Assembly (NCBI GenBank): GCA_965116875.1
Contig: OZ220733.1
Coordinates: 1,120,001 to 1,184,000, forward strand
From: Candidatus Latescibacterota bacterium
Lineage (GTDB): Bacteria > Latescibacterota > UBA2968 > GCA-2709665
Length of the DNA stretch: 64,000 nucleotides
Direction: 5' to 3'
A model generated the notes under the pieces. The model searched no databases. It saw only the letters and a program-made list of their open reading frames with translations, and was not told where the DNA came from. Position numbers and translations under genes: made by a program. Shown in pieces: positions 27,690 through 38,337 of this stretch; within the stretch, counting starts at the first letter, position 1; each line of letters opens with the position of its first letter.

Positions 27690-28826
27690 GTGCCAATGTT
27701 CGAACTTCCAGAGGGACGACTTTCGTTTCGGACTTTCGGCCGGTTGACCTGGCTCTGCGCAAAGATCGCCGTAGGCGTCGCTTGCGTCGTGGTACCGTTC
27801 GGTTACGCGATCACCGGCGTACACAAGGACGTCCTCATGGGGGCGGGTTCCGGGCTCGCGTTCGGCATCGGCCTGGGCCTTCGCATGGGACAGCGTGCCG
27901 GTCTGTCCACGGGCATCCTGATCGGTTCGGCGGCCGGGCTGATCACCGCGCTTCTGGCCGGCGTCATTCCCCAGGACGGTACACTCTTCATCGTACCGCC
28001 CGTCGTCGCGCTGGCCGTGGGTCTGGCTGACGGCATTGTTCCGAAAGTCCACAGTGGATACCGGCGCGCCGTCCTCGAGTCCCTGACGATGTCCGTCCTG
28101 CTTGGATTGGGTCTGCTGCCAGGGCTGGGACATTCTGGGCTGGTGTCGTCCCTGATGGTCATGCCGCCAACGGCACTCATCGCCGGCTCGTACGGACAGA
28201 TCGCCGCCAGGCGTCCTTTCCGTCCGCCGGTGTTGCTCATACTTGGATCCGTGGCGATGTGGGCCTCTGTGATCCTCCTGGCGGCGCACGAGTTCGAGGG
28301 GTCCGCTGTCCGGATCAATCACGTCCCGGTCAGTCCGTTTCTGATCTCAACGGTCTATATCGTCGTGTGCATGCTTTTCGTACCCGTCGCCGTGTTCCTG
28401 GCCGGACGGGTTGCAGCGGTGTGGATTCAGCCCCGGCTGCGAGTCTACAGACAACTCACCGAGTACCTGAGGGTGATGTGGGTGCCCATCGGGAGCTTTG
28501 CCATCGGGTACCTGACGCTTATCGTCCTGTTTGCCGGCTTCTACGGCATGCTGGGGCGTTTCAGCCAGGAAGCGTTCTCCGGGGACGCCGCCGCATCCGG
28601 CATCATCGACTGGATTGCATTCTCTTTCTTTACTTCCCTGGCAAGGGACTACTCGGAAATCATCCCCCAATCCCTGGCGGCGCGGGCGCTGGTCGCCGGC
28701 CACCTGGTCCTTTCCATCGGGTGGGGCCTGGTCGTGTTCGCCGCCGTGATGTCTTACATCCAGCCGCAGATCGAGCGGATCGCCAGGCGGGAGAAAACCG
28801 GCGGCGGCGATGCCGCGTCGACATGA
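27690..28826 (+). CDS. Multi-pass membrane protein with a C-terminal ion-channel-like (TM-pore-TM) domain
   Basis: Gly/Leu-rich TM helices; IVLFAGFY...DWIAFSFFTSLARDYSEIIPQS..AR resembles the Ion_trans_2 pore region. Confidence 0.6.
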   Translation: MPMFELPEGRLSFRTFGRLTWLCAKIAVGVACVVVPFGYAITGVHKDVLMGAGSGLAFGIGLGLRMGQRAGLSTGILIGSAAGLITALLAGVIPQDGTLFIVPPVVALAVGLADGIVPKVHSGYRRAVLESLTMSVLLGLGLLPGLGHSGLVSSLMVMPPTALIAGSYGQIAARRPFRPPVLLILGSVAMWASVILLAAHEFEGSAVRINHVPVSPFLISTVYIVVCMLFVPVAVFLAGRVAAVWIQPRLRVYRQLTEYLRVMWVPIGSFAIGYLTLIVLFAGFYGMLGRFSQEAFSGDAAASGIIDWIAFSFFTSLARDYSEIIPQSLAARALVAGHLVLSIGWGLVVFAAVMSYIQPQIERIARREKTGGGDAAST

Positions 28827-28840
28827 CTCGCGCGTGACGG

Positions 28841-31291
28841 ATGAATCGGAGGGCAGCCATGCTGAAACTGGAGGTTTTGCAGATTGCGGTGAACCGCGTG
28901 CGGTTGGGAGTGGATCTCGCGGGTCACCCCGGCGCCCGGATGTACCGGTCGCGGCGCGCATCCGGCCCCTATGAAGAGATCGGGGTGGCGTTCGACGAGA
29001 CATACGACGACACGGTGCATCTGGAGCCTGGCCGGACGTATTACTACCTGGGTGTGGCATGGCGGGCGCCCAGCCTGTATCCGGAAGCGAACAGCCTTAA
29101 AGAGGGAACTCCCATTCGTGTCGCGGTGCCCCGCGCGCAGAAGGAACAGCGTTTCGAGCTGACGGAAAACCGCGGGGAATTCACGATCTCCATGGGCGGG
29201 TACCTGGACGAATCCAACTCGGTTACGGTGGGACCGGAAGTCTACTGTCCCGGTCCGAATTCGAGCATGCCGCCGTACGACCAGGTCTTCGAGCCCAACC
29301 AGTACGTGGTCATCGAGAACCGGGGAGAGACGGACGTGGTGAACCCGTGGGTGGTGGCCAACGGGCAGCGGGACTGGTGGTCCGTGGAGACGATGACGGA
29401 AGAAATCGCCGGCATCGCCGGGGGCGGCCGGTTGAGCGACCGCGACAAGATGATGGCGATCTGGAAATTCGTGGTCGACGAACTCTACGACAGCCGGATT
29501 GGAATGTCCTGGTTCGACCAGACCAGCGATCCGGTCAGACTCTTCAACGTATACGGCTTCGAGGGCTGCGTGGCCAACGCGATCACCAGCCGGCGCCTGG
29601 CGGAACAGATGGGCGTGAAGAGCCGGGAAATCTGGCTGGGCGGCACCGTCGACGGATACGGACGCGGGCGCAGTTGCGGGCACGATATCTTCGAGGCGTT
29701 CGCGGACGGGGCCTGGCATTTTCTGGATACGGACCTGATGGTGTTCTTTCTGAATCGCGACAACACCACGGTTGCCGGCTCCGGGGACCTGTCGCGGGAT
29801 ATCGACCTGCTGCGCCGCTCCCATCGCAATCTGGGCCTGTGCGGGCGAGACATGCCCGAGAAGGACTATTACTACACGCCCTTCCGGGACGGCCAGTACG
29901 TCTATCCGCCCAACAAGGGCGGCGCATGGATGGACCCGGCGGGAAAGATAAAGCAGACGCCAGGGGAATTCCCGCCCGCGCGGACCATGGCGCTGCGCCT
30001 CCGGCCGGGAGAGAAACTCGTCCGCTACTGGGACAACGTTGGCAAGAACGTGATCCGGGGGCGGCGTCTCTATCCGGCGGTTCGCTATTCCAACGGAAAA
30101 CTGGCCTACCACCCGGACCTGCGCAGCCCGCTCGCACTGAACGGGACCGAATCGGCCATGAACGTCACCCAGGAACCCTCAGGCAGACGCGTTGCGCTGC
30201 ATCCGGAGAAGCAGGGCGAGGTTTCAGAGGTGGTGTGGCGGGTGGCGTCGCCCTACGCGATTGCCGGAGCGCGGGTGGGCATCCGGTGTCGATGCGACAC
30301 GCAGGAAGACGGTCTGGAAGTGCTGTTTTCCAAAGACGGCGAGGAGTGGCGGTCCGTGTGGGTCGCCATCGGCCGTCGGCTGGACGCCTGCGTGAACCTG
30401 GACTGGTACCTGAATCCCGCGCTGAACGACTGGCGCGGCGAGACGGACCTCGGATGGCGGATGGGGCCGTGCTATCAGTACTATATCAAGGTGGCCATGT
30501 GGGCGGGGTCCCGGCCCCGCGGAGTGGGACTGGACGCGATCCGATTCGATACGGACATCCAGTGCGCCACGCGGTCCCTTCCGTCGCTGTTCTGCGGCGA
30601 GAATACGATCGCCTACCGGGACCACACGCCGGGGCCCAGAAACGTGCGGGTGACGTACGGATGGCGGGAAGAACGATCCATCCGCCCGCCGGGCGCGCCC
30701 GGTCCGGTCTTTCCCGAGGATGGGTCGGACGTCGACCGGCTGGACTTCGAGTTTCGCTGGAAGCGTCCGCGCGGGGGCAGTGGAAAGGTGGATGACTACC
30801 ACGTCCAGGTCAGCCGGTACGCTGATTTCAGATGGTGCGTATGTCCCGCGTTCGACCGATACGTGGGAAGGACCGCATACGCGGGCGGCACGAAATGGCA
30901 GGCGGAGTTTCCGAATCTCCTGAATCCGGACGAGCTCTATTACTGGCGCGTGCGGGCACGGAACGAAAAGGGCGTGTGGGGAGGCTGGAGCGAAGTGCGT
31001 TCCTTCGTGCCCCACGGCCCGTGTCTCCCGGTGGATCTCAGGGTAGAGGGCCGGGGCGGAAATCGATCGCTGGTCTGGTCCGCGAACGAAAACGGGAATC
31101 CGGCGGTGCGCTATCGGGTTCACGGGTGCGGGGAGCCCGGCGGATTCTCCGCCACGGATGAGAATCAGCTGGATACAGTCGATCAAACCCGCTGGCCGCT
31201 GAACGGCGCGGAGAAGGGCCTGTCCTATCGGGTCGTGGCGGTGGATGCCGGCGGCGTCGCGAGTACGCCGTCGGAATACATAACTGTGTGA
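28841..31291 (+). CDS. Transglutaminase-like core + fibronectin type III domain protein
   Basis: FNVYGFEGC...HDIFEAFADGAWHFLDTD (Cys/His/Asp); YYWRVRARN..G.WGGWS FN3 motif. Confidence 0.65.
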   Translation: MNRRAAMLKLEVLQIAVNRVRLGVDLAGHPGARMYRSRRASGPYEEIGVAFDETYDDTVHLEPGRTYYYLGVAWRAPSLYPEANSLKEGTPIRVAVPRAQKEQRFELTENRGEFTISMGGYLDESNSVTVGPEVYCPGPNSSMPPYDQVFEPNQYVVIENRGETDVVNPWVVANGQRDWWSVETMTEEIAGIAGGGRLSDRDKMMAIWKFVVDELYDSRIGMSWFDQTSDPVRLFNVYGFEGCVANAITSRRLAEQMGVKSREIWLGGTVDGYGRGRSCGHDIFEAFADGAWHFLDTDLMVFFLNRDNTTVAGSGDLSRDIDLLRRSHRNLGLCGRDMPEKDYYYTPFRDGQYVYPPNKGGAWMDPAGKIKQTPGEFPPARTMALRLRPGEKLVRYWDNVGKNVIRGRRLYPAVRYSNGKLAYHPDLRSPLALNGTESAMNVTQEPSGRRVALHPEKQGEVSEVVWRVASPYAIAGARVGIRCRCDTQEDGLEVLFSKDGEEWRSVWVAIGRRLDACVNLDWYLNPALNDWRGETDLGWRMGPCYQYYIKVAMWAGSRPRGVGLDAIRFDTDIQCATRSLPSLFCGENTIAYRDHTPGPRNVRVTYGWREERSIRPPGAPGPVFPEDGSDVDRLDFEFRWKRPRGGSGKVDDYHVQVSRYADFRWCVCPAFDRYVGRTAYAGGTKWQAEFPNLLNPDELYYWRVRARNEKGVWGGWSEVRSFVPHGPCLPVDLRVEGRGGNRSLVWSANENGNPAVRYRVHGCGEPGGFSATDENQLDTVDQTRWPLNGAEKGLSYRVVAVDAGGVASTPSEYITV

Positions 31292-31488
31292 GCGGAATCT
31301 GCATTGGCGTCGTTTATTCAAAGAACCACAACTCACATGGATGGACAGGATAGGCAGGATGAAAACCTTTCGGGATCAAGCAGGACTGGCTCGTCGCCAA
31401 CGCGAATTTATCGAAAAACAACCGGCTAAAAGACACAACCACCTGTCTTCGTGAAAGACTCACCTTTGTTGCAGATAGGGGGAAACGT

Positions 31489-32538
31489 ATGTCAGGACGA
31501 GAATATAGTGCGGTGATCGTGGGGCTGACGGGAATCGGGGCCAGACGTCCTGCGGAGGCGGAGGGATTGCCGCTGTACGGCGCGATGCCCATGTCGCACG
31601 CCTCGGCGTATTACCGGTGTCCCCAGACCCGGCTTGTGGGTGTCTGCGACCTGCGAGAGGAGGCGCTGGACGGTTTCCGGGAAAGCTGGAACGATGTGTG
31701 GCCGGAGATGCGCTACTATGTGGATTATCGGGAGATGCTGGAAGCCGAAAACCCCGATCTGGTGAGCGTCGCCACGTCGGACCACCTCCACGCCGATATC
31801 GTGGTGGACGCGGCAAAGCGCGGTACGGCCGCCATTCTCTGCGAAAAACCGCTTGCAACCACGCTCGAGGACGCCGACAGGATGATTGAAGCGACCGAAG
31901 CCAGCGGGACCGTTCTTTCGGTGGATCACTCCCGGCGGTGGTACCCTCACTACCTCAAGGCGCGCGAGATCCTCCGCAGCGGCGAGATCGGACCGCTGCG
32001 CACCATCGGGTGCGAGATGTTCGGACCTCGCTCGATGTTGTTTCGCAACGGGACGCACGCCCTGGATACGGTCTGTTTTCTTGCCGACGGAGACCCGCTC
32101 TGGCTGGTGGCGGACCTGCAGGACGGCTTCGACCATTTCACGGAGTATCAGGGCGGCGGTGGAAAGGACTCGGGGAGCGATCCCTATGCCTCGGCGTACA
32201 TCCGGTTCGGCAACGGCGTAAGGGCTTTCTTCAACTCCTTCAAGACGGCGTTTTCCGGCTGGCGGTTCGTTATGACGTGCGACGACGGACGGGTGGAAGC
32301 GACCGATTCGTCCGCGAGACTGATCCGCGGCGCCTCGTTCGAGACTTCGGACATCGTCACGGAGCATTACATGCTGCATTCCAAGGGCGCCCTGGTGGCG
32401 GAACTGGTGCATCTGCTGGAACACGGGGGAGACCCGGTGTCTCCCGCGAGAGAGGCGAGAAAATCGCTCGAGATCATCCTGGGTATCTTGAAATCGCACC
32501 ACGCGGGCAACACCCGGGTCGACTTTCCGTTATCCTGA
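31489..32538 (+). CDS. Gfo/Idh/MocA family oxidoreductase
   Basis: VGLTGIG, CEKPLA, NGTHALD. Confidence 0.9.
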   Translation: MSGREYSAVIVGLTGIGARRPAEAEGLPLYGAMPMSHASAYYRCPQTRLVGVCDLREEALDGFRESWNDVWPEMRYYVDYREMLEAENPDLVSVATSDHLHADIVVDAAKRGTAAILCEKPLATTLEDADRMIEATEASGTVLSVDHSRRWYPHYLKAREILRSGEIGPLRTIGCEMFGPRSMLFRNGTHALDTVCFLADGDPLWLVADLQDGFDHFTEYQGGGGKDSGSDPYASAYIRFGNGVRAFFNSFKTAFSGWRFVMTCDDGRVEATDSSARLIRGASFETSDIVTEHYMLHSKGALVAELVHLLEHGGDPVSPAREARKSLEIILGILKSHHAGNTRVDFPLS

Positions 32539-32550
32539 GGAGTACGACTC

Positions 32551-33849
32551 ATGAAAATCGTCGATCCGATTGCGGTCTGGGACGTGCGCCCGTGGGGGTG
32601 TCCGGCATTCACCGTCCAGGACTTCAACGGCGATGGAAAGAACGAAGTCCTGTTCGTACAGAATGCGGGCGCGCATGCCAACGAGGCGTTCGATCCGCGA
32701 TTTCCGGACGTGCAGGGGTACAAGACCGGCGTGGAAGAACAGGAGCTTTTCTGTCTGACGCTTACCGACGGGGAGGGACGGGTACTGTGGCAGGTTGGTG
32801 AGCCGTGGACGCTGGAGAGGCCGTTCTCGTGGAACGGCAGCAATTTCTGCCAGGTGGTGGACCTGGACGGGGACGGTCAGGTCGAGATCATGCTCATCCA
32901 CAAGTCCGAACTGATGGTGTACAAAGGAGCCACGGGCGAGTTGTGCAGCCGGCACAGTCTGCCCCATTCGGGGTTCTATTTCGCCCGCGCGGTCCGGACC
33001 GATCGCTCGGGCAGGTATCACATCTTCACGAAGAGCGTGACCACCTCGGCCACCCATGGCTACGGGAATCCTTCCCTCCTGCTGGACCACAACTTCAACG
33101 TCGTCTGGGAGGTGGAGGTGGATGGCGCAGGGCATGGGGGCAATTACGCCGACGTGGACGGCGACGGGCTGGACGAACTCCTGATCGGCTTCAGCCTGTT
33201 CGACCACGACGGCAGCCCCCTGTGGTCCCACCCCCCGATGTCCGAAAACGATCATCTGGACGATTCCGTGATTGCCGATATCGACGAAGACGGGAGGTTC
33301 GAATTCGCCCTGGCCCACGACGGGCACGATGCGGTCGTACACAATTCGGATGGGACCGTGCGGTTCACCGTTCCGATGCACCACTGCCAGAATATCCTGC
33401 CGGGAAGATTCTACGAGGACGAGCCGGGGCTGCAACTGGCCTTTGTGGATAAGGCGATGGGGCGCCCGGAGGAAAGGGAGGCCGCGATTGTCAACGCCGG
33501 CGGCCGCGAGTTGTCGCGCCACCGGACGATGGGCTACTACTCGGTCATTTCGTGGGCGACCGATCTGGGCAAGGACAGCCTGATGCGCCTGGAATGGCCG
33601 ACCCGGTCCGACGCCGAACATCGCGTAGTGTGGGTGGACCCCGCGGGCAGGGAACTCGCGCGGTTGAAAGCCAGGGAGAACTTTCAGGACCGGATTCAGA
33701 AATTCAGTCTCGAGTCATTTCCCGCCGGGGGACGTTATTTCGGGACGTGCCACAATTCAACCATCGGAGACCTCGACGGAGACGGACACGACGAGTTCCT
33801 GGCAACCGATCGCGAAAAGGTGTGGGTTTTCAAACAGCCGCCGCTTTGA
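32551..33849 (+). CDS. FG-GAP/VCBS beta-propeller protein (PL11-like fold), no signal peptide
   Basis: Repeated DxDGDGxDE calcium motifs; GHG...DVDGDGLDELLIG, DHLD. Confidence 0.7.
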   Translation: MKIVDPIAVWDVRPWGCPAFTVQDFNGDGKNEVLFVQNAGAHANEAFDPRFPDVQGYKTGVEEQELFCLTLTDGEGRVLWQVGEPWTLERPFSWNGSNFCQVVDLDGDGQVEIMLIHKSELMVYKGATGELCSRHSLPHSGFYFARAVRTDRSGRYHIFTKSVTTSATHGYGNPSLLLDHNFNVVWEVEVDGAGHGGNYADVDGDGLDELLIGFSLFDHDGSPLWSHPPMSENDHLDDSVIADIDEDGRFEFALAHDGHDAVVHNSDGTVRFTVPMHHCQNILPGRFYEDEPGLQLAFVDKAMGRPEEREAAIVNAGGRELSRHRTMGYYSVISWATDLGKDSLMRLEWPTRSDAEHRVVWVDPAGRELARLKARENFQDRIQKFSLESFPAGGRYFGTCHNSTIGDLDGDGHDEFLATDREKVWVFKQPPL

Positions 33850-33930
33850 CCTTGATTCGATCAGGTCACGACCGTCGAATGAAAGCAGTTTCCTCGGTTC
33901 GACCGGAAACTCCGGCGCGGACCACACTGA

Positions 33931-34548
33931 TTAATCGAAATACTCGTCTTCGCTGAACTTCGTCCAGGACTTGAAAACGGGGAACGGCGACGGCAGGTTA
34001 CCGTCCGGGTCGTTTACCTTGAATGAAATCTTCCCGCTGTCGAAGAGGTCCCGGATCGAAACGGAAACCCCCGCGGCCTGAACACAGTTATCGCACTTCT
34101 CGGGGAATGACTGCGCCGAATTCGGCGCGAGGAAGGAAATCCTGAATTCCGAACCGTTGCCTGCCCTTTCAATCCGATAGTCTTTCGCCACGACTTCCCA
34201 TTCGTTGACGGCGTGGCCGTCCCTGGCATACTGGGCCCAGAGGCTGAACCCGCCGGTAAAATCGAGGATGACGCCCTTTCTCGGACTCGCGTCTCTGGCA
34301 GGCTCGAACTGACGAAACGACCGACCGTTCATCGTTGTCCTGACTCGTTCTTCTTCGTCCGGGTTCACCGGTTCGAACGGACCGTTCTCCCCGCACGACG
34401 TCGCGGTCGACAAGGTACACAACAACGCCAACAGCGCAATCCACCCGCGTTTCCAACCATCAACCCGTTTCCCGGTGGACGTCGCACCGCGGTTCACGCC
34501 AACGCCCGGTTCGAACGCCACACGCATTCCTTCGGGTTCGTCAGACAT
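33931..34548 (-). CDS. Hypothetical protein, probable lipoprotein
   Basis: GGAGG RBS; hydrophobic stretch ending ATSC; CxxC motif. Confidence 0.55.
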   Translation of the reverse strand: MSDEPEGMRVAFEPGVGVNRGATSTGKRVDGWKRGWIALLALLCTLSTATSCGENGPFEPVNPDEEERVRTTMNGRSFRQFEPARDASPRKGVILDFTGGFSLWAQYARDGHAVNEWEVVAKDYRIERAGNGSEFRISFLAPNSAQSFPEKCDNCVQAAGVSVSIRDLFDSGKISFKVNDPDGNLPSPFPVFKSWTKFSEDEYFD

Positions 34549-34855
34549 GATTACCTCCATGTGGGACCCGGCATCCATCCTGCAGGTCCGGACGCCGCAG
34601 AACCAACGCATCTTCGTTTCTGAATGGGAAATATACCCAAACGTCCGGAAGGGTTCAACCCAGCGGACCGAAACCTCTCCCCCCCGCCCCTCAGAAGCGG
34701 GGAGACGGGAGAGATTACCTGCCTTGTGAGGATTCTTTTCGTGCCGAAGGCAAGGAGGAAGACACATCGTGCAAGGATTTCTTCTACCGTCTTACGTCTT
34801 GCGTCTACCCGGTTTTCTCACCTCTACCCTCTTACCGCATTGAAGGATGTAGACC

Positions 34856-36265
34856 ATGACGCCCGAAGCCATTCTGAACAAGGTCTGCGATTCGATCGAC
34901 GTGCTGATTGAGGCGGGAAAGCCATACGGCGGTCTGTTTCCGTCATTGCTGGATCTCGAGACGCACCGGATGTTGACGGAACTGCCCCCGCCGATCCACG
35001 GACAGCGCATGGGCGACCGCGCCTTTCTGGGCAGCAACCTCATGCATGACCAGCACCTGCTCAAGATCATGTACGCCCTGGACCGCAAAGGATATCGGGA
35101 CGCGGCCGACAGGTACCTGCGCCGGTTCGCGACCCATTGCACCGGTACGGCTACCGGCCTGTTCCCGTGGGGAGAGCACGCGTACTGGCACCTTGAGGAG
35201 GACCGTGTGGGCGACAGCCATCGGCTCGCCCTTCCGGAAAAAGAGCCCGGCACCACGCTCCACGACCATCTGCGGCAGGCGCCCGTATGGCTGTGGGAGA
35301 AGCTGCATACCTTCAACCCCTCGTGCGTCGAGCGGTTTGCCGAAGGCCTGGACTACCACTACAAGGACGGTGAGCCCCGGGAGTATATCCGTCACGCCCA
35401 CGTCGAGCGGAGAGAGCGCCTCGAACACGGACCGGCCTCCTCGGATTTCCCCCGCCACGGCGGGTTCTACATTCTGGACTGGTCGTTTGCCCACCGGAAG
35501 TCGCAGCGCGCGGATTTTCTGAGGCAAATCGAGACGATGTTGGACTACTGGTGGCCCCACAGGGACCCCGCCGGTCTGCTGCTGTCCACGACGCGGGGCC
35601 GTGAAGCGCCTGCGCCCATGCACAACGCGAACACCCCGGCGCAGACGGTTTCCCTGGCGGCCAGCCTGCTGGAAGCCGCCGAAGTGCTCGACGGAAGCCC
35701 GCCGGAACTGGTCGACCGGATGCGGAAGCGCGCCGGCGTGTATATCGGCGGCTTTCTGTCGGCCCCCCACGATCCGGACGCAGGCGTCTTCGTGTCCGCA
35801 TGCCGTCGTGGAACGAATGAAGTCGTGAATACGAACCCCGTATGGGGAAGCATTTACGGAAACTGGCCGCTGGCTTACGTGGCGCTGATCGCCCTGTGCA
35901 TCTTCAGGCTTACGAAGGATGAACGGTTGTTGAAATGGGCGGACGGTGCGGCGCGCTGGCATGTAAGGACCCCCTTCCCCGAGGACGTTCCGGTCCCTGC
36001 GATGGACGCCGGTCTCGCGATCGAACTGCTGGCCGACCTCTACGATCTGACAGGTAACGCCCATTGGCTGGAACGGGGCCTGGATCTTGCACGGACGCTG
36101 ATACCCATCTATATGGATGGAGACCTGGTGCGCGGCGCGGCGGGTATCGACTGGTACGAATCCCAGATGGTTCCGGGGGACCTGCTGCACGGCATGGCGA
36201 GGCTGGCGTTGCTGGGCATGCGAGGCGATGAGAATCCCCTGGAACCCAACTATACAGCGAAGTGA
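34856..36265 (+). CDS. Hypothetical (alpha/alpha)-toroid enzyme (lyase/epimerase-like fold)
   Basis: GLFPWGEH, DFPRHGG, helical ADLYDLTG..WL repeats. Confidence 0.55.
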   Translation: MTPEAILNKVCDSIDVLIEAGKPYGGLFPSLLDLETHRMLTELPPPIHGQRMGDRAFLGSNLMHDQHLLKIMYALDRKGYRDAADRYLRRFATHCTGTATGLFPWGEHAYWHLEEDRVGDSHRLALPEKEPGTTLHDHLRQAPVWLWEKLHTFNPSCVERFAEGLDYHYKDGEPREYIRHAHVERRERLEHGPASSDFPRHGGFYILDWSFAHRKSQRADFLRQIETMLDYWWPHRDPAGLLLSTTRGREAPAPMHNANTPAQTVSLAASLLEAAEVLDGSPPELVDRMRKRAGVYIGGFLSAPHDPDAGVFVSACRRGTNEVVNTNPVWGSIYGNWPLAYVALIALCIFRLTKDERLLKWADGAARWHVRTPFPEDVPVPAMDAGLAIELLADLYDLTGNAHWLERGLDLARTLIPIYMDGDLVRGAAGIDWYESQMVPGDLLHGMARLALLGMRGDENPLEPNYTAK

Positions 36266-36273
36266 GGTGCGAA

Positions 36274-37323
36274 TTGAGCCCGAAGACGTTCAGGCTGTGG
36301 GCGGGAGGCGACGCGCACGTGGGCACGGACCTGGCGGCGGGGAATCGCCGGAGCCTGGCGGATGCGATCATGCAGGCCCAAAAGGGCGGCGCGGAGGGCG
36401 GGCCTCCGTTTGAGTGGGACATCATGCTGGATATCGGAGACCTTTCGGGGTCGCAGACGCCGCCGGACGACGAGGAAGGGCAGGAGGTCGTCCGGCAGTA
36501 CAGCGTGTCGACCCTTCATCCACGGGAAGATTTCTACAATATCGTTGGCAATCACGACGCGAGCGGCCCGGACGAGCCGTGCCAGTGGTGGTTCCGGAAA
36601 TGGGTGGACCCCACCGGGGAAAATACCGGGTATTCCGGCGTCCACGCCGGCAGGCGCCCGTATCCGGTCGAAGGGACCTGGGAGCGGTATTCGTTTCAGG
36701 TTGGGAATATCCTGTTTCTGGCCATGGGAGACCGGAACGACGGGGGGCCGCCGGCGGGCCGGGCCGAAAGAGGCGGGTTTCCGGCCGGCGCGGTGAAGCA
36801 GGAGACGTTCGAATGGTGGAAACAGAGAGTAGAAGCGAACCAGGACAAGATCATCGTCACGGCGCACCACCATATGTTGAAAGACACGACGGTGGCATCC
36901 GGCCCCTGGGAGGGTGTGGACGGCGGGTATCACGGCAGGTTCGAAGCCGGCGCGCCTGTCGGCGCGTCCTACCTCTATTTCGTAGGGGGAAGACCGGACG
37001 CCGGGGCATTCGAGTCCTACCTTGAAGCGCATCCGGGGGCGATCGACCTCTGGCTGGGCGGGCATACCCACACGAATCCGGACGACACCCACGGCGGCCG
37101 GTCCCACGTGGAGCGGAAATGGGGGGTCACCTTCGTCAACGTGGCGGCGATTTCCCGATACCACGGAAAGAAGAATATCTCGATGAGCAGGCTGCTGACG
37201 TTTTCGGAAGGGGCGCCGGAGGTCAATATCAGGTGCTACCTCCATATGAGCGACTACGCGCCCCAGGGGTGGTACGACAGGGCGGAGCGATCGGCGCCGC
37301 TTCGGAAGGCATTCACATATTGA
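36274..37323 (+). CDS. Calcineurin-like metallophosphoesterase
   Basis: DAH, GD, GNHD, HH and GHTH motifs; TTG start after GAGGTG. Confidence 0.85.
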   Translation: MSPKTFRLWAGGDAHVGTDLAAGNRRSLADAIMQAQKGGAEGGPPFEWDIMLDIGDLSGSQTPPDDEEGQEVVRQYSVSTLHPREDFYNIVGNHDASGPDEPCQWWFRKWVDPTGENTGYSGVHAGRRPYPVEGTWERYSFQVGNILFLAMGDRNDGGPPAGRAERGGFPAGAVKQETFEWWKQRVEANQDKIIVTAHHHMLKDTTVASGPWEGVDGGYHGRFEAGAPVGASYLYFVGGRPDAGAFESYLEAHPGAIDLWLGGHTHTNPDDTHGGRSHVERKWGVTFVNVAAISRYHGKKNISMSRLLTFSEGAPEVNIRCYLHMSDYAPQGWYDRAERSAPLRKAFTY

Positions 37324-37356
37324 CGGGCGGGATGGTGACGCCCGACGGAGCGCGGG

Positions 37357-38322
37357 ATGAAGACATTCGAAATCGACGGACGGGACAAGCGGGGGCCCAT
37401 CCGGCTGAGGATCGAAGTGGACAACCCGTTCGAAGGCGGGGGCCGCTGGCTTCGCGGCGGCCTGCATTCCCACGTGGCGCAGATGGGCGAATCCCGCGAA
37501 GTATGCGAGCACTATAGGAACCTGGGATTCGATTTCCTTGCAACAACGGACTACCTCAGCATCACGCCGATGCCGGAAGCAACGGAAGCCTTCCTAACCG
37601 TTCCCGGAGCCGAGGTTTTCTGCCCCGAAGGCGACGATCTGACCCATATTATCTGCCTGGGCCTTCAGCATCTGCCGCGGCCGCTGGACGGCACGGTGGA
37701 AGACGTTTCCCGCCTGGTTCGGGACACCGAGGCGCAGGGCGGACTGGCCGTGCTGGCGCACCCCGCCTGGAGCGACTACTCCTGGGAGAAAGCGTATGCC
37801 CTGGCGCGGTCCGGGCTGGTCGGCCTGGAGGTGAGCAACCGGCTGACCTGGCAGATCAACGGCAAGGAGCGATCGGAGGAACTGTGGCAGATGCTCTTCA
37901 ACGAGGGCGTCCGCCTGGCCGCGATCGGCGTGGACGATGCGATTGTACTGGAGGACGGGGACGTGACGGGACGGACCTGGACGGGGGTGCTCGTCCGGCA
38001 ACCCGGCGTCGAGGGCATTCTGGAGGGCATTCGCGCGCAGCGGACGTACGCCAGCGAGGGACCGGAGATTCACGATTTCCGCATCGAAGCGCGGGGCGCG
38101 GTCGTCGTGGAATGCAGCCCGTGCACGGCGTGTCACGTCCGGTCGAAGGGGTTCGGGGTCCGCAGCCTGCAGTCGGCGGCGCCTTCGAATCGATTCGAGG
38201 TCGACCTGACCGTTGAAGGGTACCGCATGCGGGACTGGGTATTCGCGTGCGTGGAGGACGAAACCGGGCGCCGGGCGTGGACAAGCGCCATACCCGTCCG
38301 CGTTGAGAAAACATCAATTTAG
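37357..38322 (+). CDS. PHP-domain metallohydrolase (CehA/McbA-like)
   Basis: WLRGGLHSH, TDY, GAE, AHP, DDA, YASEGP. Confidence 0.8.
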   Translation: MKTFEIDGRDKRGPIRLRIEVDNPFEGGGRWLRGGLHSHVAQMGESREVCEHYRNLGFDFLATTDYLSITPMPEATEAFLTVPGAEVFCPEGDDLTHIICLGLQHLPRPLDGTVEDVSRLVRDTEAQGGLAVLAHPAWSDYSWEKAYALARSGLVGLEVSNRLTWQINGKERSEELWQMLFNEGVRLAAIGVDDAIVLEDGDVTGRTWTGVLVRQPGVEGILEGIRAQRTYASEGPEIHDFRIEARGAVVVECSPCTACHVRSKGFGVRSLQSAAPSNRFEVDLTVEGYRMRDWVFACVEDETGRRAWTSAIPVRVEKTSI

Positions 38323-38337
38323 TTCCGGGAGGACAGG

